DNA of 64,000 bases from Thermodesulfobacteriota bacterium (GTDB lineage: Bacteria > Desulfobacterota_D > UBA1144 > Nemesobacterales > Mycalebacteriaceae). Below the pieces are notes generated by a model that ran no database searches, was not told the DNA's origin, and saw only the letters and a list, made by a program, of their open reading frames with translations. Below are positions 1-11,012 of the stretch, piece by piece; positions within the stretch are counted from its first letter, which is position 1, and each line of letters starts with the position of its first letter. Location of the stretch: NCBI GenBank assembly GCA_965198945.1, contig CBDAQI010000001.1:4521-68520 (forward strand), given 5' to 3'. Position numbers and translations under genes: made by a program.

Positions 1-644
1 TTGCCTCCGGGAAAATCAAGACTTCTTCCCTGAATTGCGCCTTGTATATTCTGTATTGAAATATTGTGCTGACGCATCTTCAGAGGGTCCAGTTCCACCC
101 AGAAAACAGGGTCGCTCAGCCCCGAAGTCGTCAAAGAACCGACACCTTCCAAAAGCCTTATTCTGTCTCTGAGTCTGAGCGCGTAAGACCTCAAAACCAT
201 GGGGTCAATGGAACCTCCCACCGACACGTTTATCAGCGGGAAATTCGGCTCAAGCTCTTCAACAACAGGCACCTCGCTGTCTTCGGGAAGCGTGGAGCGG
301 ATTCGTGAAATGTGTGAATCAATATACTGTGACGCCTTTGCCGGGTCTTCACCGGGACGCAGCTCAATAACAATGGAAGACGAACCCTCTGAAGAAACGG
401 AACTCACCCTTTTCATTCCGGGCAGGTCGCTTATTTCTTCTTCTATGGGAATGGTAACAAGACGTTCAACATCTTCGGGGGTCGCTCCGGGATAGGAAGT
501 TTTGATAGTAACAGTTTCAATGGCCACCGAGGGAAAAGTTTCAAGCGGCAGTGAAAGATAGACAAGGAAGCCCACGGCAATTATGCCAACCATAAGAAGA
601 TTGGCAAATACCGGATTCCTTATTGAAAAACTTATCAGATTCAT
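1..644 (-). CDS. RND efflux transporter, AcrB/CzcA-family permease; 5' portion, gene continues beyond the window
   Basis: Reverse complement of 1-644 opens with ATG (642-644) and translates to MNLISFSIRNPVFANLLMVGIIAVGFLVYLSLPLETFPSVAIETVTIKTSYPGATPEDVERLVT..., a typical RND permease N-terminus. It starts 6 nt after the stop of the membrane-fusion gene upstream. It is absent from the ORF track because it runs off the window edge. Confidence 0.75.
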   Translation of the reverse strand, partial: MNLISFSIRNPVFANLLMVGIIAVGFLVYLSLPLETFPSVAIETVTIKTSYPGATPEDVERLVTIPIEEEISDLPGMKRVSSVSSEGSSSIVIELRPGEDPAKASQYIDSHISRIRSTLPEDSEVPVVEELEPNFPLINVSVGGSIDPMVLRSYALRLRDRIRLLEGVGSLTTSGLSDPVFWVELDPLKMRQHNISIQNIQGAIQGRSLDFPGG

Positions 645-650
645 AAACCA

Positions 651-1787
651 TTAAGAGGCTTTCAAAATCTCCACCGGCTGACCCTCCTGAAGGCCGGAAT
701 TTCCTTCGTTGATTATCAATGCGCCTTGCGGAAAAATTGATACCGGAACAGCCACCGTTTCCGAATCAATCCATACCAAATCGTCCGGAAGATTGACTTT
801 GCGCGACTTGCCTTCCAGAGCCACAAAAACAAAAGGCTTTCCTCTTTCGTAAAGGAGTGAGAGTATCGGGACGCGCACAACATCAAAAAGCTCTCCGGAC
901 TCAATTCTCAAATTGACGAACTCTCCCGACCAGAGCTCTTCATTGAGGTCTTCATCATCAACGGAAACCTCAATAGAATAGGTCGTAGAGCCGTCATCGT
1001 TTTCCCTGCTCACACCTTCCACCATTCCGGGCGCAAGCTGTTTTCCGCTTGAGGCCACATATTCAACAAAAACTTTCGCGCCCCGCTTGGTTCTTTTGGC
1101 GATTGATGAATCAACACCCGCCACAACTTTGTTTATCCGGTTGCCGGTGACTCTGGCAACCGTTTCCCCCTGAATAACCTCCTGTCCGATATCGGGCAGA
1201 ATCTCAGTAACGGTCCCGGCAAGCGAAGAGCGGATTTTAAGCCGGTCGTAATACCACTTCGCCTTCCTGTAGGAAGCCTCAAAAGCCTCAAGTTGTGAAG
1301 ACGCCCTGTCCAAAGCGCTTTTGGACGAATCAAGATCGTCTTTTGAAACCACACCTTTTTCAAAAAGTCTTTTGTATTGTTCGTATTTTCTGCCGGATTC
1401 CTCAAAATCGGACTGCGCGGAATAAAAAAGCCCCTCGGCCTGCCTGAGTTCATAAAGTGTTCCGCTGTCTTCAAGAACCATTATGACTTCGCCTTCGGCG
1501 ACTGCGTCTCCGAGTGATTTGCGCATATCAACCACAAAACCCGAAGCACCTGAAAGAACCTTTACGCTCTGCGCGCCCTCAACCTTCCCCAGAACCGTGT
1601 CATACATTTTCAAATCTTGTGGAACAACCGGAAAAGCCCTTACGGCCAAGGGTTTTTCTTGTATAACTTCGGAAGTCCTTGAGAGAACAAATCTGAAGTA
1701 AAGAAGCAGAACCAGGGCGAGGAAAAGACCTGTTATTAAGAAAAACTTTTTCCATTGAGAGGTAAAGTTTCTGTTTTTCCGTGTCAT
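651..1787 (-). CDS. Efflux RND periplasmic adaptor (HlyD/membrane-fusion protein family)
   Basis: The 391-aa ORF has an N-terminal TM helix and coiled-coil/beta-barrel MFP-like sequence. The ATG at 1787 (MTRKNRNF) is preferred because GAGGT sits 4-5 nt upstream; the longest ORF would start at a TTG at 1826. Forms an operon with the downstream RND pump. Confidence 0.8.
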   Translation of the reverse strand: MTRKNRNFTSQWKKFFLITGLFLALVLLLYFRFVLSRTSEVIQEKPLAVRAFPVVPQDLKMYDTVLGKVEGAQSVKVLSGASGFVVDMRKSLGDAVAEGEVIMVLEDSGTLYELRQAEGLFYSAQSDFEESGRKYEQYKRLFEKGVVSKDDLDSSKSALDRASSQLEAFEASYRKAKWYYDRLKIRSSLAGTVTEILPDIGQEVIQGETVARVTGNRINKVVAGVDSSIAKRTKRGAKVFVEYVASSGKQLAPGMVEGVSRENDDGSTTYSIEVSVDDEDLNEELWSGEFVNLRIESGELFDVVRVPILSLLYERGKPFVFVALEGKSRKVNLPDDLVWIDSETVAVPVSIFPQGALIINEGNSGLQEGQPVEILKAS

Positions 1788-1947
1788 ACAAACCTCAACC
1801 CGGGGCGGGAAAGCAAGTTTGTTCAACCTCCGGGACGCATAAAAGCATTTATTGGATTTTATTACTCTACACTATAAATTAGGGTTGAAATAAGGATTTG
1901 TTTTATTTACAATCGCGGAAACATACATAGTTGACAGGAGGTTTCCT

Positions 1948-2223
1948 ATGACAAAGTCTGACATCGCATCGCATGTTGCCGGCAAGTTTGACATTTCCAA
2001 GAAGGTCGCGGCAGAGATTCTTGATGAACTCGTGAATATAACCTACAAGGAAACTAAGAAATCAAAAGATTTTACTTTTCCGGGTCTTGGCAAATTTGTA
2101 GTTGACAGACGCAAAGCGCGCACGGGTCGTAACCCCGCCACCGGCGAAACCATCAAAATTCCAGCTAAGAAAGTCGTCAAGTTCAAAGTGGCGAAAGCCT
2201 GCAAAGACGCAATAGTCGGTTAA
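1948..2223 (+). CDS. HU family DNA-binding protein
   Basis: 91 aa carrying the HU/IHF signature ...GKFVVDRRKARTGRNPATGETIKIPAKKVVKFK...; GGAGG RBS upstream. Confidence 0.9.
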   Translation: MTKSDIASHVAGKFDISKKVAAEILDELVNITYKETKKSKDFTFPGLGKFVVDRRKARTGRNPATGETIKIPAKKVVKFKVAKACKDAIVG

Positions 2224-2245
2224 ACCGTCTTTTAACAGCAGAAAC

Positions 2246-2282
2246 GAAAAACCGGAATTTTTTTATTACATTCCGGTTTTTC
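2246..2282. terminator. Bidirectional rho-independent terminator between convergent HU and hypothetical genes
   Basis: aaaaaccggaat-ttttttattac-attccggttttt: an 11-bp perfect stem flanked by A and T runs. Confidence 0.6.
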
Positions 2283-2291
2283 GTTTTAGTT

Positions 2292-3080
2292 TTAATTGCC
2301 GGAACTTTCAGGGGATGCGGGAAACAGAAAGAAACTCATTTTTTCTTTCTCGCGCTTTCCAATCCGCTCTGACAACTGCCTGTTTGAATCAAACTTTTCG
2401 CCGTCAGCTCTGCTGAAGCGTATATCAAAGCTCAAACGGCCCTCGTGCGAAAAAGGCCACGGGTCAACCGAGTAAGAGTTCTCACAGACCGCTTTGAGTT
2501 TTATTGTTTTCTCCCCTCCGTTTTCAAGGGGAATGTCTTTTATTTCAAAACTCTCCCATCCGTGACAAAGCACGAGTGAAACTGCGTCTCCAGTCTGGAG
2601 AAGTTTTAATTCTTTCCGAATACGGCCTGAAATAAGCTCCGTGCTTTCCACACCAAGAGTCTTTTTCACCAATTCCTCTATCTCTGCTTTCAGGGCAAGA
2701 GACCAGTCGTTTTGTCCGCGGGACAGCACCCTGTCATTAAATTTTTTGAAATGAAGCGCGATCAGAGCGCTCGCATATGGGTGAGTGCCTATATGCCCGC
2801 CGAATGACTTTCTCCATATTTCAGTCTGTCGGGGCGGGGAGACTTCGGTAAAATCCTCCGGCTCGCCTCCGGGGTTGAGAGAGGGGCTGCCGTCGGTCTC
2901 CCGCCATCCCGAATCGTGCTCGGCAATGGCAAAAAGAAGTTCCGCGGCGGGATCGGGAAAAAAAAATCCGCCGCCCCAGAAACTCATTATCCGGGCGGAA
3001 AGTTTTGCATGGTCGTCCTGTGTGAACAAAAGCCATCCGCCGCCGGATTTTCTGCGAACCATAGAAAGCAAGAATAACAC
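2292..3080 (-). CDS. Hypothetical protein
   Basis: 262-aa ORF with coding-like composition and no recognisable motif. Confidence 0.5.
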   Translation of the reverse strand: MLFLLSMVRRKSGGGWLLFTQDDHAKLSARIMSFWGGGFFFPDPAAELLFAIAEHDSGWRETDGSPSLNPGGEPEDFTEVSPPRQTEIWRKSFGGHIGTHPYASALIALHFKKFNDRVLSRGQNDWSLALKAEIEELVKKTLGVESTELISGRIRKELKLLQTGDAVSLVLCHGWESFEIKDIPLENGGEKTIKLKAVCENSYSVDPWPFSHEGRLSFDIRFSRADGEKFDSNRQLSERIGKREKEKMSFFLFPASPESSGN

Positions 3081-3274
3081 AACATTGGCAAAGTCCAGAG
3101 GCGAAAAGACTTTGCGTAAAAGCGCCCGGATGTTTGAAGGAGATATGAATGGATATTTTCTGAATTAAATGAAAAACGGGGCGATGGGCCGCTTACCGGA
3201 AAATTTGTAAATTCATTATGTAAAAGTCCCCGCAACCCGCCATCTTTTCTCCAGCAACAGGCATAATAGAGAAC

Positions 3275-3910
3275 GTGCCCGAAACCAAAACCGTAAAATC
3301 TTCAGACCCGGACGCCGCGGAAAAAGCCGCGCAAACCGTTCTTGCCGGCGGAATAATCATCTACCCGACCGAAACTCTTTACGGAATCGGCGGACTCGCC
3401 TTAAACCGGCATGTCGCGCAAAGAGTGTCCGACATCAAGAAAAGACCGCCGGACAAACCGCTGCCTGTTCTTGTAAGAGACGAGAAAATGCTCCGCCGCT
3501 ACTTCATAATCACGGAAAAACAGAAGGAGGCCTATAAAAAAATACTGCCGCTGCCCGTTACACTTGTTCTGCGTTTGCGGGAAAAGGGCATATTCCCCCC
3601 GCAGGTGTCTGCGGACGGACTGACCGCGGTCAGAATATCGGGAGGAGATTTTGTCCGCCGTATTTTTGACCTGCTGGACGAGCCGCTTATATCCTCAAGC
3701 GCCAACCCAAGCGGGGAACCGAACCTGCGGACGGGTGCGGCGGCGGCGGAGATTTTCGGCGGCAGGGTTGAACTAATAGTTGATTCCGGTAACCTACGGC
3801 CTTCGGAGGGCTCCGCGATAGTGAGTCTCGCGGACAATACGCCGAAAATTCTGCGTCATGGCGATCTTAAACCGGAACAAATGAGCGAGTTTGTGAAATG
3901 GCTGTCGTAA
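3275..3910 (+). CDS. tsaC: L-threonylcarbamoyladenylate synthase, TsaC/YrdC/Sua5 family
   Basis: Contains the YrdC motif GGIIIYPTETLYGIG... and is about 210 aa. Confidence 0.85.
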   Translation: MPETKTVKSSDPDAAEKAAQTVLAGGIIIYPTETLYGIGGLALNRHVAQRVSDIKKRPPDKPLPVLVRDEKMLRRYFIITEKQKEAYKKILPLPVTLVLRLREKGIFPPQVSADGLTAVRISGGDFVRRIFDLLDEPLISSSANPSGEPNLRTGAAAAEIFGGRVELIVDSGNLRPSEGSAIVSLADNTPKILRHGDLKPEQMSEFVKWLS

Positions 3911-5109
3911 AAGGTTTCCGGGCAATACGTTATAACACCGAAAAAGCGGGTGATCTGTCCGAAATTGTCACACCGCCATATGATGTGATTGATTCCGCAG
4001 GGCAGAAAGCCCTGTATGAAAAACACCCTTTGAATTTTATCAGACTGATTCTTTCAAAAGAACCGGGTGAAAAGCGTTACCGGGATTCCGGAGACACATT
4101 TCAAAAATGGCTGGATGAAAAAATCCTTGAGAGAGATGAAAAACCGTCAATTTACCGCTATTTCCAGAATTTTGAGTTTGGCGGAAAACATTTCACAAGA
4201 AAGGGTTTTATAGCAAGGGTAAAGATAGAGGATTTTGAAAACGGAGTTGTTTTTCCGCATGAAAAAACCTTCAAAAAACACAAAGATGACCGCCTCAGAT
4301 TGACCGAAGCGTGCGGGGCGAACCTCAGTCAGGTTTTTTCAACTTATTCGGATCCCGAAGGGCTTGTTGAAAAAACAATGGAAGATTCCACCGACGAACC
4401 TTTTGCCCGCATAGATTTTGAAGGGGTGAGAAATACGATATGGAAACTGGACGATGAGGAAACACTGCTAAGAATTTCCGCCCTGATGGCGGACAAAAAA
4501 CTTCTGATTGTGGACGGGCATCACCGTTATGAAACGGCCATAAACTACAGAAACATTTGCAGGCTGGACGGAAAAAATCGCGGCGAAGAACATGAATATG
4601 TGATGATGTTTCTCTGCGGAGCCGAAGGGGAGGGACTTCTGGTTGAGCCGACTCACAGGGGGATGAAAAATTTGTGCGGAATTTCCGCGGAAAAAATCGC
4701 TTCGGAACTGAAAAAAGAGTTTCATTGCTCGGAAACAAACGCCGAGAAAACCGATGAGCTACGAAGGAATCAGGTGGTTTTTGTTTATGAAAAAGGCGAA
4801 AAAGCGCTGATTTTTTCCCCGAAAGATAAAGACGAAAATTACCGGACAATGGGCGTTTTTACTTTGCATAATATTGTCATTGATAAAATAATCAATTGTA
4901 AAAACAAGGAAATTATTTTTACAAAATCTCGTGAAGAACTGGTGAATTTTGTAAAAAACGGAGAGTGTGAAGCGGGTTTTATAATGCCAAAACCGCTGAT
5001 AAAAGACGTTATGGACGCGGCGGAGAAAGGTGTCAGAATGCCTCAGAAAACCACTTATTTTTATCCGAAAATTCTTTCGGGCATTGTCATAAACCCCCTC
5101 TGGAACTAA
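3898..5109 (+). CDS. DUF1015 family protein
   Basis: 403 aa; the N-terminus MAVVKGFRAIRYN...VTPPYDVI and the length fit the conserved DUF1015 family. Overlaps the tsaC stop by 13 nt. Confidence 0.65.
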   Translation: MAVVKGFRAIRYNTEKAGDLSEIVTPPYDVIDSAGQKALYEKHPLNFIRLILSKEPGEKRYRDSGDTFQKWLDEKILERDEKPSIYRYFQNFEFGGKHFTRKGFIARVKIEDFENGVVFPHEKTFKKHKDDRLRLTEACGANLSQVFSTYSDPEGLVEKTMEDSTDEPFARIDFEGVRNTIWKLDDEETLLRISALMADKKLLIVDGHHRYETAINYRNICRLDGKNRGEEHEYVMMFLCGAEGEGLLVEPTHRGMKNLCGISAEKIASELKKEFHCSETNAEKTDELRRNQVVFVYEKGEKALIFSPKDKDENYRTMGVFTLHNIVIDKIINCKNKEIIFTKSREELVNFVKNGECEAGFIMPKPLIKDVMDAAEKGVRMPQKTTYFYPKILSGIVINPLWN

Positions 5110-5124
5110 AATACCGGAAGGCTG

Positions 5125-6918
5125 ATGAATACCCGAAACATACGCAACTTTTCAATAATAGCGCATGTGGATCATGGCAAATCCACACTTGCCGACCGCA
5201 TACTTGAGTTCACGGGCACTTTGAGCGAGCGCGAAAAAAAAGACCAGTTTCTTGACCAGATGGAACTTGAACGGGAACGCGGAATAACAATCAAGGCTCA
5301 GGCGGTAAGAATCAATTATAAGGCGGAAGACGGCAATACATACCAATTGAACCTTATAGATACACCGGGGCATGTTGATTTCAGTTATGAAGTCTCCAGA
5401 AGCCTGATGGCGTGTGAGGGCGCTCTCCTTGTGATTGACGCATCCCAGGGTGTTGAGGCTCAGACCGTGGCGCATACATACCTCGCGGCGGATTCAGGTC
5501 TGGAAATCATTCCCGTAATAAACAAAATAGACCTGCCTTCGGCAGAACCCGAGAGGGTGGCGGAAGAAGTTGAGGAAGCGCTTGGAATTGACACAAGCGG
5601 CGCGATTCTCGCAAGCGCAAAGGAGGGAATAGGCATAAGGGAGATACTTGAAGCCGTCATCAAACTAATACCTCCTCCGTCCGGCAAAAGCGGCAATCCT
5701 TTGAAAGCGCTGATTTTTGACAGCTGGTTCAGCTCTTACGAGGGAGTGGCGATGCTCGTCAGGGTTTTTGAAGGAAAACTCAAGGTCGGCGAACAAATCA
5801 AACTGATGTCAACTGGCAAAAACTACACCGTAAAAAAATTGGGGGCATTCAGGCCGGGTCTGACCGAAATGGAGGAATTAAAAACGGGCGAAGTCGGGTT
5901 CGTCACTGCGGCGGTGAGGGAAATTAACGAAGTGCATGTCGGAGATACGATAACGGATGCGGCAAATCCGGTCGCAGAACCCCTTGAGGGATTCAAGGTT
6001 ATGAAACCCGTGGTTTTCTGCGGTCTTTACCCGACAAACACGGGCGACTACGGAAAACTGCGTGAGGCGCTCGAGAAGCTGATTTTGAACGACACATCCT
6101 TTGTCTACGAACCGGAAACCTCAGCCGCGCTCGGTTTCGGATTCCGGTGCGGCTTTCTCGGACTCCTCCATATGGAAATAATAAAAGAAAGACTTGAAAG
6201 GGAGTTTGATCTTGAACTGATTACCACCGCGCCGACGGTAATTTACAAAACCGCGGACATTTCGGGCGAGGAAAAATTTATAGACAATCCGGCCGATTTT
6301 CCCATGGGTGACAGAAAAATATCAGTTGAAGAGCCTTTTGTCATCGTCTCAATTCATACACCCTCAGAGGTGCTCGGACAAATAATAGAGTTGTGCGAGA
6401 CAAGGCGCGGAGTCAAAAAAGACATAAAATATATAACGCCGGAACGTCTTGTTCTGGAATATAATCTGCCGCTTTCGGAAATAGTTTTTGATTTTTACGA
6501 CCGCCTGAAATCCGTTTCGCGCGGTTACGCCTCAATGGACTATGAGCCGTCGGGATACCGGTCTTCAAATCTTACGCGTCTTGATGTTCTGGTCAACGGT
6601 GATCCGGTTGACGCCCTCTCCCTGATAGTGCACAAAGACAAAGCATATGAAAGGGGACGTTATTTAATTGAAAAATTAAAGGAATTAATTCCGCATCAAT
6701 TATACGAAGTGGCGATACAGGCGGCCATAGGCAGCCGCGTAATAGCGCGGGAAACCGTGAGAGCAATGAGAAAAGACGTAACTTCAAAATGCTACGGAGG
6801 AGACGTTACGAGAAAGAGAAAACTTCTTGAAAGACAAAAGGAAGGGAAAAAGCGTCTTAAGCAGGTCGGCAGCGTGGAAATACCTCAGGAAGCGTTTCTG
6901 GCGGTTTTGAAAACTTGA
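5125..6918 (+). CDS. lepA: Elongation factor 4 (LepA)
   Basis: 597 aa with the G1 motif [23 protein letters not shown] and a LepA-specific C-terminal domain. Confidence 0.97.
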   Translation: MNTRNIRNFSIIAHVDHGKSTLADRILEFTGTLSEREKKDQFLDQMELERERGITIKAQAVRINYKAEDGNTYQLNLIDTPGHVDFSYEVSRSLMACEGALLVIDASQGVEAQTVAHTYLAADSGLEIIPVINKIDLPSAEPERVAEEVEEALGIDTSGAILASAKEGIGIREILEAVIKLIPPPSGKSGNPLKALIFDSWFSSYEGVAMLVRVFEGKLKVGEQIKLMSTGKNYTVKKLGAFRPGLTEMEELKTGEVGFVTAAVREINEVHVGDTITDAANPVAEPLEGFKVMKPVVFCGLYPTNTGDYGKLREALEKLILNDTSFVYEPETSAALGFGFRCGFLGLLHMEIIKERLEREFDLELITTAPTVIYKTADISGEEKFIDNPADFPMGDRKISVEEPFVIVSIHTPSEVLGQIIELCETRRGVKKDIKYITPERLVLEYNLPLSEIVFDFYDRLKSVSRGYASMDYEPSGYRSSNLTRLDVLVNGDPVDALSLIVHKDKAYERGRYLIEKLKELIPHQLYEVAIQAAIGSRVIARETVRAMRKDVTSKCYGGDVTRKRKLLERQKEGKKRLKQVGSVEIPQEAFLAVLKT

Positions 6919-7007
6919 GTCTATTCGGGAAAAAATCCGCAAAATAAAAATCGGCGGAATTTTCGCCTCCCAATTAAAACGGCCGCCCTCACCGGCGGGA
7001 CGATCCG

Positions 7008-7298
7008 CTACGACACTATTTCCAGAAAATTTCTCCTGGGCTTATTTTCAAGAAAACCGCGAAGTTCGTACAGACTGCCGTTTTCCAAGCGCCATTGATG
7101 GTAATTCTCATAATCCTCTTTTGCTCTCCACCTTTCAACCAGAAACAGCAGGTTCGGGTCTTCTTTATCAATGAAAATTTTTATTTCCTCGCATCCTTCA
7201 AAATTCCTTGTGTCATCAAGGTTTTCGGCAAACCACCGCTTCAATCCCTCAACGGCGCCGGTTTTAATTCTCACTTCCACTATTATTCCAATGCTCAT
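7008..7298 (-). CDS. Antibiotic-biosynthesis-monooxygenase (ABM)/Dabb-like small protein
   Basis: 96 aa, ferredoxin-like ABM-type sequence. Confidence 0.45.
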   Translation of the reverse strand: MSIGIIVEVRIKTGAVEGLKRWFAENLDDTRNFEGCEEIKIFIDKEDPNLLFLVERWRAKEDYENYHQWRLENGSLYELRGFLENKPRRNFLEIVS

Positions 7299-7588
7299 TT
7301 TTTCCTCCCTTTATAGATTTTGTCGGAATGTCCGCTACCGGAAACAAAGGCATATTTGTAAATGCGACCGGGAAACCCGGCCTTAATTTTTAGGGTATGA
7401 CTGCAAAACCGCACTGATATTATAAGCGGAAGCGTTAATCAAGTCCAAATAAAATTGTTAACCCGGAGACGGAAAAACCGCCAATATCGGGACCCGGCAA
7501 ATCTGACAGTCCGGTTCGGTCAAGAAAAATTCTGAACGGTCCGCCGCACGGATTGACAAAATATGATAAGTGCAAGAAAAAAGGAGGG

Positions 7589-9298
7589 TCAGGTGTTTCC
7601 TTTCGGGGTTTTTTCCATCATTTTCCTCATCGGCTCGGTAATAAAATAAGTCGCCGGGCTTATGGCATCAGGGTCGGTTCGGACGTTCACAACATATGGG
7701 TTTTTTGAATTAAACGCATTTTTAAGAGCGCCCTCAAGTTCTCCTAATTTTGACACAAATTCACCCCCTCCTCCCATGGATTCGGCAATTTTATGAAAGG
7801 GAACTTCTCCGAGAACAACTCCGTCAAGCGGCGCCTTTTCACCATATGTAATGCGGATTTGATTTCTTGTCATTCCCCAGGATGAGTCGTTACAAACGAC
7901 AATCACAACAGGCAAATTATGCCTCACCGCGGTTTCAAACTCCATAAAATTCATGCCGAGCGCTCCGTCCCCCGTTATCAATATCACCCTATTTTCCGGA
8001 CGTGCCGCTTTAACGCCGAGCGCAAAAGGAAGCCCCACACCCATACAGCCGAGTGGCCCTCCCTTAATGTATCCGCCCGGAATTTCCACACGGCATGAAA
8101 CGTCTGTCCAGGCCTGACAGTCCCCGCCGTCGGGAATAAAAATCGCCGACGGCGGAGCGGCTTTATTAACCGCCTCAACAAGTGAGACCGGATGAATGGC
8201 GCCTTTCTTTGAAGACGAGTTTTTTGTCCCAAAAAAAATACGAGAGTTTTTAGCGGAAACATTTTTTATCCGCTCCGTCCATTTTTCAAAAACGGGCGGG
8301 GATTTTTTTATTTCACGATTTAATTTTTTCAAAGTCGCACGCACATCCGCGACAACGGGTATATCCGCATTCCTGTTTCTGCCTATTTCCCCCGGCTCTA
8401 TGTCAATCTGGACTATTTTCGCTTTTTTATTGAATGTTTTTCCAAAACCCATAAAAACTCCCGCACGAACGCCCGCAAGCAAAATAAAATCCGCCTTTTC
8501 CGTCGCCTCGGAAAACCCGAAGGGTGAGGACGGACTCGCGGGACCGAAACAAAACGGGGAAGAATCGGGAATAATTCCCCTGCCGAGATGCAGTGTGAAA
8601 AAAGGAGCGCGGACTGTTTTTGAAAGAATTGACAGTTCACTCCCGGCTCCCGAATAAAACGCCCCGCTTCCGGCTATGAAAACCGGTTTTTTCGCGGAGC
8701 GGATATTTTCAGAAATTTTTCTTATTATTTCATCCGAGGGTTCGGGGTTTTGGATTTCAGAAAAATCAGGCTCTTCCGTTTCTCCGGGCGAGCAAAACGG
8801 ATAAAGAACTTCGTAAGACATTCCGAGGTAAACCGGCCCGGGCCTTCCGGTTTTTGCGGCCCGCCATGCATCCGTCACATAGCGCGGAATCCTGGCGGTT
8901 TCATAAACCGTTCTGACCCATTTTGCCACAGGTCGGGCAATTGCCTCCTGGTTAATTTCCTGCAGAGAAAGCCGGTCGTTTTCTTCTATTCCCGACCTGC
9001 CCGAAATTACAACAAGCGGTGAGTTGGCGAGAAATGAAACCGCCATACCCGTAACGGTGTTCGTAAATCCCGGCCCGGCTGTTACGAGACACACCGCGGG
9101 CTCCCCGGTTGAGCGCGCATATGCGTCGGCGGCCATTGCGGCTCCCTGCTCATTGCGGGTGTCCAAAAGGCGTATGCCAAGCTCAGAACAAGCCTTGTAA
9201 ACCGGGTTGATATGTCCGCCGCCGAGAGTGAACACATTTCTCACACCCAGTTTAAAGAGAGTTTCCGCAAGCAAACGTCCTCCCTGTTTGTCTGTCAT
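7589..9298 (-). CDS. Thiamine-pyrophosphate-dependent enzyme (acetolactate synthase large subunit-like family)
   Basis: 569 aa with N-terminal TPP-pyrimidine domain (GGGHINPVY...AAMAADAYAR...LVTAGPGFTN) and C-terminal TPP-binding GDG...N motif. Confidence 0.85.
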   Translation of the reverse strand: MTDKQGGRLLAETLFKLGVRNVFTLGGGHINPVYKACSELGIRLLDTRNEQGAAMAADAYARSTGEPAVCLVTAGPGFTNTVTGMAVSFLANSPLVVISGRSGIEENDRLSLQEINQEAIARPVAKWVRTVYETARIPRYVTDAWRAAKTGRPGPVYLGMSYEVLYPFCSPGETEEPDFSEIQNPEPSDEIIRKISENIRSAKKPVFIAGSGAFYSGAGSELSILSKTVRAPFFTLHLGRGIIPDSSPFCFGPASPSSPFGFSEATEKADFILLAGVRAGVFMGFGKTFNKKAKIVQIDIEPGEIGRNRNADIPVVADVRATLKKLNREIKKSPPVFEKWTERIKNVSAKNSRIFFGTKNSSSKKGAIHPVSLVEAVNKAAPPSAIFIPDGGDCQAWTDVSCRVEIPGGYIKGGPLGCMGVGLPFALGVKAARPENRVILITGDGALGMNFMEFETAVRHNLPVVIVVCNDSSWGMTRNQIRITYGEKAPLDGVVLGEVPFHKIAESMGGGGEFVSKLGELEGALKNAFNSKNPYVVNVRTDPDAISPATYFITEPMRKMMEKTPKGNT

Positions 9299-9352
9299 GA
9301 CAACTATTCTACAGAAACAATCACCGAAAAACCGGAATGTTCAAAAAAGTCG

Positions 9353-9380
9353 TTGAAACAAGAGAAACCGTTCCTATATT
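9353..9380 (+). promoter_or_regulatory. Candidate sigma70-type promoter for hsp20
   Basis: TTGAAA (9353-9358), 16-nt spacer, TATATT (9375-9380), followed by the AGGAGG RBS at 9401-9406. Confidence 0.3.
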
Positions 9381-9414
9381 AAAGTTGCGATCAATAACAA
9401 AGGAGGTGAAAAAA

Positions 9415-9843
9415 ATGAGCGCATTAAGACTTTGGGAGCCATTCAACATGTTCAGAGATTTTGACGACGCGCTTGAAAATTTCGGCGTGTTTCCCTCTGG
9501 CGCAGTTGAAAAGACTTTGAGTCCAAGGGCCGATGTCGCGGAAACGGACAAGGCATATGAAATAACTCTTGAAGTTTCGGGGGTGGAAGGGAAAGACCTG
9601 ACCCTTGAAGTTATGGGAGATGTCCTTACCGTGGGCGGCGAAAAAAAGTTTGAGGAAAAGAAGGAAGGGAAAAACTACTTAACGGTTGAAAGACACTATG
9701 GAAAATTTTCCCGCAGATTCAATCTTCCAGAAAACACGGACACAAAAGGCATTAAAGCCGACAGCAAAAACGGCATACTGACCATAACGGTTCCGAAAAC
9801 TCAGGTTGAAGAGCAAAAACCTCTGAAAATTGAGGTGAACTAG
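9415..9843 (+). CDS. Hsp20/alpha-crystallin family small heat-shock protein
   Basis: AGGAGG sits 8 nt before the ATG at 9415. 142 aa with an alpha-crystallin domain (...GILTITVPK...). The longer ORF starting at 9337 has no RBS. Confidence 0.9.
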   Translation: MSALRLWEPFNMFRDFDDALENFGVFPSGAVEKTLSPRADVAETDKAYEITLEVSGVEGKDLTLEVMGDVLTVGGEKKFEEKKEGKNYLTVERHYGKFSRRFNLPENTDTKGIKADSKNGILTITVPKTQVEEQKPLKIEVN

Positions 9844-9855
9844 GGGTCAAAAAGG

Positions 9856-9897
9856 CACGGGACGGGAAGCCCCCGTTAAAGGGGGCTCCGTCCCTTT
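9856..9897 (+). terminator. Rho-independent terminator after hsp20
   Basis: gggacgggaagcccccgttaaagggggctccgtccc hairpin followed by TTTTT. Confidence 0.65.
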
Positions 9898-10033
9898 TTG
9901 TCTTCCATGGCTCAATTCCTTTCTTTTTTCAAGCCGGGAAATTGAAACGTACCGGTTTGGAAAATCCGGGGATTTTTATCTGCAAATCGGCTTCAGAATA
10001 AGTCCCAAACGTAAACCGGAACTGCTCGATGTT

Positions 10034-10918
10034 TCAAGGCGCTATGCCCAACTGCCTTCTCATCTTCTCGTCGGGCGGACTGTTTTTGTTCCAATAGTCG
10101 GAAATGATTGTCTTTTTCGCCTGCGCCCTGGTTTCAATTTTTTTCGCGGCGGGACCCCACCCACTTTTATAAATCTCGCGCCAGGAAACTATTTTATGCG
10201 GAAAAACGGTCTCAAAATCCATCTCAAAAACCCTTTCACTTTTTGGGAAAAAAAGCGAATAACGGGTGATTGTCTCAGAAGGATTTGAAATTTTCGCATC
10301 CGCCTCCTCAACCCCAAAGCCGGTGTGAAGGAATCTGGTTATCAAAAGACGCGGAAAAATTCTTATCCTTCCGGTCGGAAGTGATTCCGGATTCATACGG
10401 ACAAGGGTCCATATTTCATCCTCAAGAAAAGCGTCCCTAACTTTGAAAGTTCCGTCTCCTTCGTCTTCAAAGTATGAAAAGAACTTCCCGTCGTAGCCGC
10501 GTCTTGAGCGGTTGAGCTGCATAAAAACGTTTCCGCACCACTCCTGGGATGAAAGAGTAACCTTCAGGGGGCGCCGGTCTTTGCCCGAAACCGGGGCGAA
10601 AACCGATGACATGGTTGAATATCTGTAAATACCGGTGTTGAACTTTTTAACAAAATTCAGTTTGAGAATTTTCACGGCATCTTTTCCGGCACGCGAGGGG
10701 TTGTCCAGCTTTATGTGTTTTGAGCGCGAAAAGTCTTCGGTAACAAAAATAAGAACGGCGTATCCGGGATTTTCATTGCCGTAACGCGCCTGACTGAGCT
10801 CGTAGCTGGTAATCTCAGCCTTGCCGGAATACCAGTAGTCTGAAAACTGGTCCGCCGCGACAAAAGACGGCGCGGCAAGAACAGAAAACAGAAAGATTGT
10901 AACAAAGAGCCCTCTCAC
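10034..10918 (-). CDS. Secreted hypothetical protein (signal peptide)
   Basis: 294 aa; the N-terminus MRGLFVTIFLFSVLAAPSFVAA is signal-peptide like. No recognisable catalytic motif. Confidence 0.5.
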   Translation of the reverse strand: MRGLFVTIFLFSVLAAPSFVAADQFSDYWYSGKAEITSYELSQARYGNENPGYAVLIFVTEDFSRSKHIKLDNPSRAGKDAVKILKLNFVKKFNTGIYRYSTMSSVFAPVSGKDRRPLKVTLSSQEWCGNVFMQLNRSRRGYDGKFFSYFEDEGDGTFKVRDAFLEDEIWTLVRMNPESLPTGRIRIFPRLLITRFLHTGFGVEEADAKISNPSETITRYSLFFPKSERVFEMDFETVFPHKIVSWREIYKSGWGPAAKKIETRAQAKKTIISDYWNKNSPPDEKMRRQLGIAP

Positions 10919-11012
10919 GGCCTTTTATTATAACCCGCAAGCGAAATTTCTTGTAATCCGCATGCTTTTTTGTTACATTCTCGCTTCGCTACTTTTGAGG
11001 AAGGGTTGAAAA

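Noticed and set aside
1930-1947. TTGACA hexamer immediately upstream of the HU gene, which could be a -35 box
   Set aside because: It overlaps the GGAGG RBS and lies only about 12 nt before the ATG, so a matching -10 would fall inside the coding sequence. It is a coincidental match.
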